Below the pieces are notes generated by a model, which saw nothing but the letters and a program-made list of their open reading frames with translations, had not been told where the DNA came from and did not search any database. Both the position numbers and the translations under genes were made by a program. A stretch of 63,685 nt of DNA, counting the filler, from Gonapodya sp. JEL0774 (Eukaryota), in NCBI GenBank assembly GCA_027604505.1. It is 24 parts of 24 records of this genome, joined end to end, with 100 filler letters (N's around TTAATTAATTAA, not from the genome) between each part and the next. Parts side by side here need not be neighbours in the genome. Positions count along the whole stretch, not along the records: positions 1 to 2,571 come from JADIIX010001834.1; positions 2,672 to 5,242 come from JADIIX010001835.1; positions 5,343 to 7,913 come from JADIIX010001836.1; positions 8,014 to 10,583 come from JADIIX010001837.1; 20 more parts are not named here. One strand, given 5' to 3'. Shown in pieces: positions 1-10,683 of this stretch. Positions within the stretch are counted from its first letter, which is position 1. The number at the start of each line of letters is the position of its first letter.

Positions 1-19
1 TAAAATTGTGCTTTGAGGA

Positions 20-826
20 TTAGGCAAGCAGTTCACAAATGGGCATTGATCGATTATTAACACGTGCCTTTTTCATATCCTGCGCTTCTTCTACAGTGAA
101 AAGTCGGCGGACTTCCGGCTCGCAAAACAGTCGCTTCTCCTCTATAACCAAATGCGCAAACAGTATTTCATATGGAAGATTGGGCGAAAGCAGTGATTTT
201 TACATTGTGGTGTCATCAGAAGTGCGCTCAATGTGATGTCTGCGTACCTTGATCTGCTCCGCATATCCTGCCACTTTGGCGGCTGCTTCCGAGGTGTAGG
301 CCACTAAAGGCTTTCCATTCTTCTCCAACCCGGCTATGAACGCAGCAAATGATTCGAGAACATCGTGGAGATCCTGGGCGGAATGAAGATGGTTGAGACC
401 TCTGACACCCCCTAGTTCTTAATGTGAGCATACCTTATGATCATCCTCGTACATGGCCACATTGATTCCTTTTTTCGCAAACGCGGGAAGGAAGATAATA
501 TCTTCGTGGTGGTGGTGACTAGATGAGCGAAGTACAAAGACAGGTAGTGGACGGGAGTACGTCATGCGAAAAGTGAGAGAGACGTCAACAAATCGTAGGA
601 ACGCTGAAAAATTTAAGAGTACTCACTCCTTGATAAATTGGATGTAGGTCGCCACGTACTTCAGGAAGTTTGCAACTTCGGGTTTCCCAACCACCTCGTG
701 GGAACGAGCCATGATGTTATGAGTTGAGTTTCGTATAACATCGTGGACGCGGACAAGAGCGGAGCATAAGAACTCGATGGCATCGCGCGGTGTGAATTGT
801 GACGATGATTCTTGGATGGCAGTCAT
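20..826 (-). CDS. Hemerythrin/HHE cation-binding domain protein (spliced)
   Basis: Manual splicing of exons 826-627, 518-434, ~374-248 and ~169 onward gives the His/Glu motifs VHDVIR, DHHHHEDIIFLP, DDHKDLH and HLVIEE. One acceptor is non-canonical (see findings) and the 3' end is uncertain. Confidence 0.7.
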
Positions 827-1560
827 TGAGTTTTCGGTATCCGAACTAGTTGGTGAAGTTTGATGAGTGCAGGATGATGATTTGGAGGAAATCAGACGAT
901 TTATAAAGGCATGGAGAACAGATAAATGCTGAGCAAAAACAATTATGAAACGTACCTGAATGGTGGAACGGTGTGTGTGGTGGTGCAGTTGCCTGGTGGC
1001 TTCTCCCAAGCAAAAGTCCGAGGTGTCCAGAGCCATCAATATATTCCGGAGGAAGCACAAAGTGCCCAAAATTTTGTATGTGCCAGAAGGGATAAGTAAA
1101 AATGTAAATTGGAATGCTGTGATTCTGTAGTGCGACTGCAGCTGCGCCTGAATCTAGAATGGCGTTCACCACGTGTTGTGACCGATGCGTGCATCCGATC
1201 GCGATTGAGGTCGAAGAAGGAATACATTAAGTTTTCATGCATGATCAGCATCAAAATTATCCTGCGTTGCTTTTGCAAGAGACTGCGCGGAGCGACGATA
1301 AAAATGTTGGATGAAAGGTGGGAGGGCCGCAGGAACTCAGCTGCCATGCAGCGCCCCCGTCGGGGAATCCACGAAATGAAACAAAGAAAACAGTCTCAGG
1401 CTGACGAAAAAAAAAATATTTTCTATGTAATACATGGGAGTCGAAATTATCACTATGAAGCGAGTGAGGCGACTACCACTTTCTTTTTCAGGTTTGTCAT
1501 TTGTCCTGGAAGTACGTTGAATCACACGGAGAGCGTAGTACCGCAACCAAGCATGGTTAG

Positions 1561-2571
1561 TCATGCTGCCGTCGATGGCATCTCAGCCGGATATAACTCT
1601 TCCTCGGGAGTGCCGTCTTTCCACGGTGTTTCAACCTGGGAAAGCAACCGGAGTCATTCAAAGCAATATTTCTCCAAGATCTTCGGGCATTAAAGTCTCT
1701 CACCGGATAGGGCTTTAGCAAGCAATCGTCGGGCAAACACTCGATTTTATCAAATTGTCTGTGGCAAATGTATCCCGGACGCTTGAACCGCCGCACACGG
1801 TTTGAAAGAGCGCAAAGGCTCAGGTAGCACGTGGAGCGCGGGTATGGTGAGATGTTGGCAGTTGAGCCGTGGACCTGAAAGTCGAACCAACGGGATCAGT
1901 ACTGGCTGTTACGAAGACGGACACACGAGAAGTTGACTGAGAAACGTACTAAGCAGCCATGGAAAAGCATCATCGTACCGGGGGGACCTTTGGGTGCGAT
2001 GATACCACCCTTATCGGCGAGCTCTTTGATTGTGGAATGGTCAATCACCCATAGCTAAATTTCACGAAAGCAAACACACAAAGTGGTGATGAACTTTACT
2101 CCGGTCTTCTGAAAGTTGAGGAACACGCAACTCACAGGGTATGATGTGGTGCTCAAATCATGGCCTGCTTCCAACGCGCCTTGCTTATGAGATGCGGGAA
2201 TGAACATGAGGGGTCCATTGAACTCTGTCACCTCGTCCAGGAAGATGGCCACATTCATGCACCGAGCGCTAGGCATTTGGTCATCAGCGAGCCAGGTACC
2301 GTAGTCTTGGTGCCATTGCCAGACGCTGCACAGGAAGGAATGCGGTGTTCACATGTGCGTTAGATGCAGATAATCCAGATGAGGTCGGAACATGTTTTGA
2401 GAGGATTTAAGCGTTGGTACTCACTCGCCATCAAACGCAGCTTTTTGGTTGACTGGAGCAGAAGGTGTGGACTTTCATACCAGTTCTCTGTCTTGTGCAA
2501 CTTCGAGATGGGTAGTACTCACTCTTGAACTGATGCATGTACACATCCTCTCCGTCATACAACTCTTTTAT
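1561..2571 (-). CDS. 2-oxoglutarate/Fe(II) dioxygenase of the PhyH / ectoine hydroxylase (EctD)-like family, 5'-truncated, 5 introns
   Basis: Exons 2571-2523, 2452-2425, 2325-2136, 2054-1950, 1874-1704 and 1635-1561 join in frame at GT-AG sites: VYMHQFKINQKAAFDGDVWQWHQDYGTW...NGPLMFIPASHK...FHGCLVHGSTANISPYPR. The HxD...H iron triad and the 2OG-binding Arg are present. Confidence 0.9.
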
Positions 2572-2671
2572 NNNNNNNNNNNNNNNNNNNNNNNNNNNNN
2601 NNNNNNNNNNNNNNNTTAATTAATTAANNNNNNNNNNNNNNNNNNNNNNNNNNNNNNNNNNNNNNNNNNNN
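2572..2671. other. Artificial contig linker (N-run + TTAATTAATTAA + N-run); first of 23 copies, spaced about 2.65 kb apart, the last at 61048-61147
   Basis: Identical 100-nt spacer with stops in all six frames, recurring at 5243, 7914, 10584, 13252 ... 61048. Contig lengths decrease from 2571 to 2538. Confidence 0.99.
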
Positions 2672-3600
2672 ACCATTGAAGAAAGATCCTCCAGAGGAAC
2701 CAACAAATGCATGTCAGCATGTGGCATCACATCTTGCCATTTGATGGGCCTTTTGGCAAAAAACTGAAATGAGTTCATATTAGGTATAAGGTGACATGAG
2801 AGGCCTTGGTGATTGTCCAGCAACTATAGCAGGACAAATTGTGGTCTGTGAAGGCCAGAGTCCAGACTCTGGATGGGAGTTGTGGAGTTTCATGGACTAT
2901 TGTAACCCAATGCCAGGGCAGGCTGGAGGTCAGGTAGACACTCAGTACAGTAGGAACAAGAAAGTTTCTCCAAATGAACCAAAACATGTGTGTTGTCTGG
3001 CAATATGAACCTCTTCCATCTTATTTGGTCCTCTTTGGCAAAAGGGGAGGGTAGCAAGTCCCAAGTATGCTCACTGTTGTATGAACGAGAAAGTCACAGC
3101 AACTAACCACAAGCAGGAATGCAGCAGGTGATTAAAAGCTTAGAGGGTACAGACTGTGGTGCAGATGGACCACAGGGATCAGAATCCCATGCTCTAATGC
3201 TCAGGAGTATTTGATCCATATGGAAAAGTACTGATACAGGGACTGAGGGAGATGGGGCAGAGCAGACAGGCCAATGGGAAAGGGGGGGGGTGGGGGGAAG
3301 TTAGAGAGGACAGTGGAGAGGGGAGCCATGGAGACACTAGACAGTGTGATATGATGTGTGAATGGCCAAGACCAGACAGTAGCTACATCATTTCATGCAC
3401 TTGTGGTGTCACATGTGTGTACAAAGAGTGAGAGGTGGTGGTGCAGGTATGAACATGCAGTTGGGACAGGCCAAAAGGCCACACTTCAACACAGCATGAT
3501 GTGCACCAGAAAAACAAAACAACAATGAGAGCAACACATGTGACGGGAGGGTTCCTGTTGTGCCTTGTGGTGGCCACATACGTCACATGTCACACCGCGC
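2672..3600. mobile_element. Probable degenerate repeat/TE relic, CpG-depleted, family unassigned
   Basis: Very few CpG, excess TG/CA, only broken ORFs. This contrasts with the CpG-rich genes elsewhere in the window. Confidence 0.4.
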
Positions 3601-4005
3601 ATGCTGCATGCTCACACCCCAGGGAACATCATTCATGGAAGAAGAGCTGACGGGGGCCAGCCACCAATTGTCTGGATTGATGCAATTCAGCTTCACGCGA
3701 GAAACAAAGTGCTAGTGTGTTCTGAACTGGTCCTGGGGCTGTGTCTGGTGGGGAAGGCAGGCCCACAGGGAGCCGAGTGACCTGTTCAGAACGCTGAAGC
3801 ACTTTATTGGGGGCGATGGAGTGGGAGTGGGGGCCGACACGAAGGAGAAGGAAAGCGAAAGGGAGGATGGAGCGTGCGCGGTGGTGATGGAGCTGTGTGG
3901 GAGTGCCGGAGTATATTGTGTGCATGGTTCATCACGCGGAGATTGCACTCACACACACACATTGACAACAAGAGACACCAGAATCAACCTGTGACCTGAT
4001 TTCCC

Positions 4006-5242
4006 ATGAGCGGATCAACGCATCCACACATACCAGACACGCACACGACTCAGCCTGCAGTGGAGTCTGCTCAGCCCGGGATGCAGATACGGCACATCAG
4101 TCCAATGCAGACGCCAACTCAATCTCAGTCTCAGACAGCTCCTACTCACTCGGCCACGTCCCAGGTTCCAATGTCCCTGGCGAACGCGGCTTCGGCGCTG
4201 AAAAGACCAGACGTTCCTCAACAGTACAGTCAACGGCCACTGGCTCAGACGGCGGGACAGAATGGGCAGACGGGAGGCGTGGACCGGGACCGGGAGTACC
4301 GTGGTCACCCATATAACGCAAGGTGGGAGGTGACGTCACCCCGAATGACCCCACTTTTCAACCCCCCGCCACACTGCCATTCAACTCTATGTGTCCCCGT
4401 TCTCCTCTCCCGCGTCCTGCCCCCTCGTCCCTCACCGTACCACAGCATGCAGGTCCCGCCCGCCCCACGCATCCCCACATGGAGTCGGCCCAACTTGCCC
4501 ACTCCTGTCGCACCACACGCACACCACAATCCGCACTCTGCGCACCCTCATCGCATTCAATCCACACACGGGCCACTTCCCACTCCATCCACGCACCTCA
4601 ACCCGCGTCCTCTTCCACTCCCTCACCCCACCCCCAACTCACACTCGCACCCTCTCCACTCTCACTCCCCCCCTCTTTCTCATTCCCTCATTCCCCCTTT
4701 AAACCCTTTTTACTCATCCCAATCCCATCAACCCCACCATCCACCCCTTCCACCCCTCCAACCCAATCCACATCCGCATCCACATCAACCCATTCACACC
4801 CGCACCCCTTTCAAGTTCCCAATCAGACTCTCCACCACACTCCCCTCTCTCACTCCACCACCTCACCTCCCTCTCACCTCCTTCCACTCCACACTCGCTC
4901 CTCCACCACTTCCACCCACCGGTCTCAATCCCACACCCCCCACCCACTCCACCGCCCCTGCCCACCCATCACCCTCCTCACATCCCCATTCTCATCCGGA
5001 ACCCAACCACAACATGGGTTCCCCCGCTTTGTCGAGACCGGCAACTTCGACCTTGCCTCCGTATGGCGCTACGACAGGCACGTCCTCGGCCACTCACCAA
5101 CCACCCCACACCACCGCCACCGTCGCCACCTCACCCACTAACGCACCTGCCGAACCCCCGCACCAGCACCCGCACCCGCCCCAGCATGGCGACAAACACG
5201 GATTATTGGCAGGGCACGTCGCGAAGCCGGACGGGGATATGG
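4006..5242 (+). CDS. Hypothetical Pro/His/Thr-rich low-complexity protein, 3'-truncated
   Basis: ORF open from the ATG to the contig end. The middle is an extremely C-rich, G-poor tract that could be intronic. Confidence 0.4.
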
Positions 5243-5437
5243 NNNNNNNNNNNNNNNNNNNNNNNNNNNNNNNNNNNNNNNNNNNNTTAATTAATTAANN
5301 NNNNNNNNNNNNNNNNNNNNNNNNNNNNNNNNNNNNNNNNNNTTACAGATTGTGTGCAAATCAATGACATTCTCTGTCGCTTGAATTTTTTAGGTGCTTG
5401 AAACTGAGGTCTCGTTACAAGAGCTGGGTTTAGCTTA

Positions 5438-5517
5438 GCTTTACATACGTTTGAACAACATATTGACCTAGCAATAGGCTTTACATACGTTTGAACAACA
5501 TATTGACCTAGCAATAG
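5438..5517. repeat. Perfect 40-bp tandem duplication (2 copies)
   Basis: GCTTTACATACGTTTGAACAACATATTGACCTAGCAATAG at 5438 and 5478. Confidence 0.95.
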
Positions 5518-6234
5518 ACGGCACATGGATCGAGTCTCGATGTTTCAAAGTCCTGATCTTTTGTATGACCGGGATGATAGTGCATCCGAGAGCACTTTGA
5601 CGGTCTCACTGGTTTGTATCGCGGGCCTGCATGATGGTCTTTGTCATGGCGTGGCCTGACAAGGTATTCTGGATCATGGGACGCAGATCAGACGCTGCGA
5701 CGTCAATAGAGTGAAAGATCGTATTTTGGTAGTTCGAATAGATGTTTCAAAAGAATTCTTTATGTTCTCAGTAAGACGGAATAGATGGAAGTTGGTGGGT
5801 ACAGGCCACAGCGCTCCTCATTGACCAAAGCTCAAAACGACAATAAAAGCTTAGAATTTCGACAACTAAAATATATTTCGATTCATATCATACAAATTGT
5901 CCAGTTCACATCGAAATGTTGTCCAGTCCATTTGTAGAACTCTCACTCACTCCGTCAGTTTGATCCTGTGCTGTCATCCCTCTCTCCCTGTGAGCTGGGT
6001 CACATAAACACACTTGGCAGATACAAACTCTCTCTCATAGCGTAGACTACCCCCTCAACATCTTCACTCGAGTAATATTGCCAGTATACATTCAAAGACA
6101 GCTTCAGCTGGAGAACGCGCCACTTATCCGTAATTGCATTTTTGAGCACGTGGTTGCCTTTCTTGAAACGTGCGAGAAGTTGCTTGATCGGTTTGCTCAT
6201 TCATTGCCTGTAATTTCCAATCCCCGACGACCGT

Positions 6235-7645
6235 CACAGGGAAAAATCAGGTGATTCCCATGGCTGATTACCATCCGTTTACCAATGTGAGCTTACCCTG
6301 GATGGCAATTTCTTTGAGACCACACAGGTAACGTTTGTGTACCACCCATTTACCACCCCGTGAGACCCATGTGGTACATTAGACCATAGGTAATTGGCAA
6401 AGTACCATTCAAGTAAAATTATAGGGTAATCATCTATGGTATTAATCAGCATGATACCACTCTGAGAAATATACCACGTGGTAAATTGAGAGGGGAATTC
6501 AAGAATACCATCGTTACGATGCAGTCTCCTCTCTGTCTCTTTTTCCCACCATGGATGAAAAGACAGATTCCATGAGAATCCTCACGCTCTTACGGTCAAG
6601 TGGTGCCAACAGCTGCACACGAAACTATTTATATCAATCGTGGCAGCAGCCAGCCCTCGGAGACAGCTGATGGAAACGTATTTCGTTTATACTTCATCCA
6701 GCCTTGCCATTTATGGATGCCTGGTCAGCGTGAGTAGAACAGAATACCGACTAATATGGAGGTGAATAGTCTGTTCTAGTTCTCTCATTATACTTATACT
6801 TGAAGCCCTGCAACATTACAATAAAAAGGACAACGAATTCCTGGCACCATCACGGAATTCCGGACAAAATGCGAAGACGTCCGGAATTCCTGGCACCAGG
6901 CCACGGAAAACCGGAAATCCTGACACCAACATATAAGAACTGATAAGTTCACTCACTGACCATCAACCTCAAATCACATCACTTTCCAGAGGAGTCGGCA
7001 CAAACTTCGGCACACACCGGACGATAGGCAATTGGCCAGACAAGGTGAGTGATTGGTCTTGCCTCCTCGCAATGTCATACAGCCTCTTTCAAGACTCACT
7101 TCCCATCTGGTGAGCTCCCATTCAATGTAGCCTTTGTACTTTTTGTGCTCACTGTCCATTGTTAATCACTTCTATGACATGTAACGAAAATGTGCCAGTC
7201 TTCGCCCCACTCGCATCATTGGCACTGAGGAGGGGGGCGTAGGGGACAAGATTGGAGAATGTTGGAATCATGTTCTGGCGTCACGGAGATAGTGTTAGTT
7301 TATATGTGAATGTATTAGTTGTTGTCATGAATGCAAATGTTCCGGACAATGTAAACAAAATTTGCCCCGCTCATGGGTATAAATCCGATGGTAAATCCGG
7401 CAAAATTAGCAGTCATGTAAAGGGAACATTTGCCACGATTATGGTTCTGTCGGAATCTACAGTGCAGGCATGGTAAAAGCGACGGTCACAGACATGTTAA
7501 TTACCAAGTGGTAAAAATTTTCCGTTTACCAACCAGCGAAGTGGCCAGAATGCCACGGGATGGTACCGCGGTGGGTAAATGAGTGGTAATTGGACAATTA
7601 CCACTCATTTACCCGGGGTTGGTAACGGGGGGGTTTTTTCCAGAG
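6235..7645. mobile_element. Non-autonomous CACTA/EnSpm-like DNA transposon, 1411 bp
   Basis: Imperfect TIRs: CACAGGGAAAAA on the left and TTTTTTCCAGAG (rc CTCTGGAAAAAA) on the right. Flanked by a 3-bp direct repeat CGT (6232-6234, 7646-7648). Dense subterminal TTACC/GGTAA motifs at both ends. No transposase ORF. Confidence 0.65.
7573..7614. repeat. Perfect 20-bp inverted repeat with 2-nt spacer
   Basis: GGGTAAATGAGTGGTAATTG-GA-CAATTACCACTCATTTACCC. Confidence 0.97.
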
Positions 7646-8013
7646 CGTACAGAGTGCTCTTTTGCCCTCCTTCACAGGAATGGACAGACCTTCGACGTTC
7701 CACTTCTGGCTCGAACGCGGTCATAAAGTTGCTCCAGGACGCAGTTTGGCTACTTATACAATCGAGGATGGAAAAGTCGTAGCGTGAGAGCTCAACACTT
7801 CACTTTCTGAAACCTTGTGAGGACATCAGATCGCTGTTGAATTTCCAGCGTCGCTCTCAAACTCTCTTCTGAGGCTCAATTAACGCTCATTGAAGAGTTT
7901 GGATATCCAGGGGNNNNNNNNNNNNNNNNNNNNNNNNNNNNNNNNNNNNNNNNNNNNTTAATTAATTAANNNNNNNNNNNNNNNNNNNNNNNNNNNNNNN
8001 NNNNNNNNNNNNN

Positions 8014-8680
8014 TTTCATTCATGGATCTGGATGACGAAGATGAGCCACCAGCTGCGCGAGCGGCGCAAACGAGGAAAACCACCAAGCCGATCCCTGCGG
8101 CTACGAAGGTGGTGAGCAAGCCTGCGACGGCCAAACCCGCAACGACGACGTCTGCCTTGGCGAATGGTGCTCCTGCGCCGCGGACAGCGGGAGCGGAGAC
8201 TGCTCCAGCAGCAGGTGGTACGGCTTCCAAACGTGCACTTCCGTGAGTATTAGTTCAATCTTGGCAGACGTTTCAGCTCTTGACTGTTCTTTTTTGGGGG
8301 AAATCTCAATTAACAAACTCGAATCTCCTCGTACACGTCCAGCTCCTCGTGGACCAACACCACATCGTCCAAGAAACCCGCCACGGGAACCGCGGTTGCC
8401 TCAAAACGACCTCAACTAGGAGCAGGAGCGAAAGGCGGACTGCGCCAACCGACGCTGAATTTCACACAGACGAGTGGGCGGTCGCAAGCGTCGGTGGCGA
8501 TAGATCTGGTGAGTTGCGGTGGTGGCAAAAGAAGTGTGTTTGAATGGGGGTCGATGGTTGATGGTTGTCTGACCTGGATTTACTTATTCCCTGGCCACCT
8601 GGATTCGTCGGGTCCAATACTGACTTGGTGGCCTGCCGCGATTGTGCCAACACCTGTTTTCCAAGGATGATGATTGAGTA
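8014..8680 (+). CDS. C-terminal exons of an unidentified Ala/Thr/Lys-rich protein
   Basis: Exon 8022-8242 ends at GTGAGT. The next exon, ~8343-8508, reads ...RQPTLNFTQTSGRSQASVAIDL. No recognisable domain. Confidence 0.45.
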
Positions 8681-8699
8681 CATGGATGCGCTCCAGTAA

Positions 8700-10490
8700 G
8701 TTGGGGAAGTTTGTCGACGTGCTCGGGAAGCGGCATGACGTTGACGTACTGAAAACTAGATAGAAGCTAAAACGCACGATTAAAAACGCTCGTGCAATTC
8801 ACAACGTATTCTACTACTATACCGTACATAACACGAACATGTATCGAATTCGCACCACGAACGGTGCGTCGAGGGGACCGCAAAAACACCACTTGGTTCC
8901 AGGGGAGCGGAGAACGATGAGTGGCAGCGTTGGCCTTATCGCATGACCGCACTGTGTTACTCCACTGCAAATTGATGCAATCAAATACGCAAGAGGTACT
9001 CTACATAATCAGTCATGGCGAACCTGTGGTACAACACGAAAACACAATGTAGGCACTTCAAACTGGCACCGAGCGCCGGGCGCAACCTCATAACTTGGAT
9101 GGGACCAAAGAGATGGTCTTGGTCCACGCTGCTGTGCGGTTAATTGCTTCCTCCTCAGTATACCTTGGTACCCATTGCGTGTCTCGTCACCACTTTGCAC
9201 CACTGATTGACCGTGGTACCGAGGTTTGGTCCACCGCGGACACTGTGAGTGAGCCACTGGGCAGCTGCAATAGAGGGCTTATGGCAGAAGTGAGATAGCC
9301 GAGTGTCCACGCTAGTGTATCGGGAACCCGGCGAACTGCTGGCTGCAGTCCCACGTCGAAGGCAACCTGTTGTTGCATTTCAGAAACACTGCCGGTTTTT
9401 ATATGATCCACTATAAAATATGCCTTTCCACCGAGTTCTCTCCTCGCCTCTTCCTTGCAGGCCATATTCAATGTAGCATATACGCGTTTGCAACATTTCC
9501 GGCGTAGGAGTATTGAAAAATGGATCGCGGTCCACCGAGTACATAAAGCACAGGCCTATCACCCCGATTATTGAGGAAGCGTAGGTTGGATATGATACCA
9601 TGGGGCTCGAACTCTCCGAACATCCCAGGGGGTCTGAAGGCGACAGTTCGCAGCTTGGAGCTTTTCCCACCAGACCCACCAAGACATATAGGAGTTCCAT
9701 CCCCTTCCAAGACGAGCTTCTCCGCAGCGGCCTTGGTCTTGCTGTACTCGTTGACGAAGTTGGGTGGATAGGGCTCAGATTCGTCAACGTTCGAAAGTGC
9801 CGGGTTCAAAAAGGACCCCCAAGGAGCTCGTGTAGACAAGGTTCTGTATTCCAGCAGATAAGCAAGCCGAGAGTACATTCTAAGTTCCTTGGAAATTGAT
9901 GGCTTCGACTGTTCCGCGTTCCGCGAGGATGTGTTCCGAGATCCACCAGGCTCGCCGAATGAATGACAACGCTCACATCCTGGCACGCCTGGTGAAGAGC
10001 CTGTTGATCTAAAATACTTTCCCGTATGTTCTCATCTGCACCCGAGGGTTGGGTAATGTCAAAGAAGCGCAGTTCGATTGCGGGGGCACCAACTAAGCGG
10101 CCGGTTTCGTCCCGAAGCTCTCAAGCGATGTGCTTCTCAAGGAAGCCTGACGACCCGATGAGGAGAATGCGCAACGCAGCAAGAGTCATCGTTCGAAAGC
10201 GGATCGCGGCGATGAAAAGTCTGAGCAAAGTAGGCCTGTACCAGTATCTGATCTCGACAAGACCAATCCACCCGCAGGGCAGTCAGTACAAAACACGGGC
10301 AGAGTCGTTATTGTCCCGCATTTCCACGTGCATGTATCCACATCGGACGCCAGTCATCCAAAACCGAAATGGGGTCGGAATTGACGGCCGCAGGAATAAT
10401 ATATTCGGACGACCTCGTGATATATATCCATGCTATGACCAATATCCACACAGCATGGAGGGAGCTACATATAAAAATCGTGACCATTCG
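8700..10490 (-). pseudogene. 3-beta-hydroxysteroid dehydrogenase / extended SDR family pseudogene
   Basis: Motifs LLIGSSGFL, VVIHSASLVD, NLVYTSS, YSKTKAAAE, RPPGMFG, YAGNVA and GKAYFI. They are interrupted by in-frame stops (~10121, ~9880) and frameshifts, including a 7-bp duplication at 9912-9925. Boundaries are approximate. Confidence 0.75.
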
Positions 10491-10683
10491 CAATTCTCCT
10501 GACTGAGTCAGAATGTCTGCTGAGATGCATACAACGGTGGACGTGGCGAGTCTTTATCCACCGAACTTGAAGCTTCGAAATGTNNNNNNNNNNNNNNNNN
10601 NNNNNNNNNNNNNNNNNNNNNNNNNNNTTAATTAATTAANNNNNNNNNNNNNNNNNNNNNNNNNNNNNNNNNNNNNNNNNNNN

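Noticed and set aside
1109..1693. 194-aa plus-strand ORF
   Set aside because: Non-ATG start, no recognisable motif, and it overlaps the last exon of the dioxygenase on the opposite strand.
5438..5517. 40-bp direct repeat as a CRISPR or regulatory array
   Set aside because: There are only two abutting copies with no spacer. It is a simple duplication or an assembly slip.
8022..8510. Possible Mre11-like C-terminal tail
   Set aside because: Only low-complexity compositional resemblance, with no diagnostic motif.
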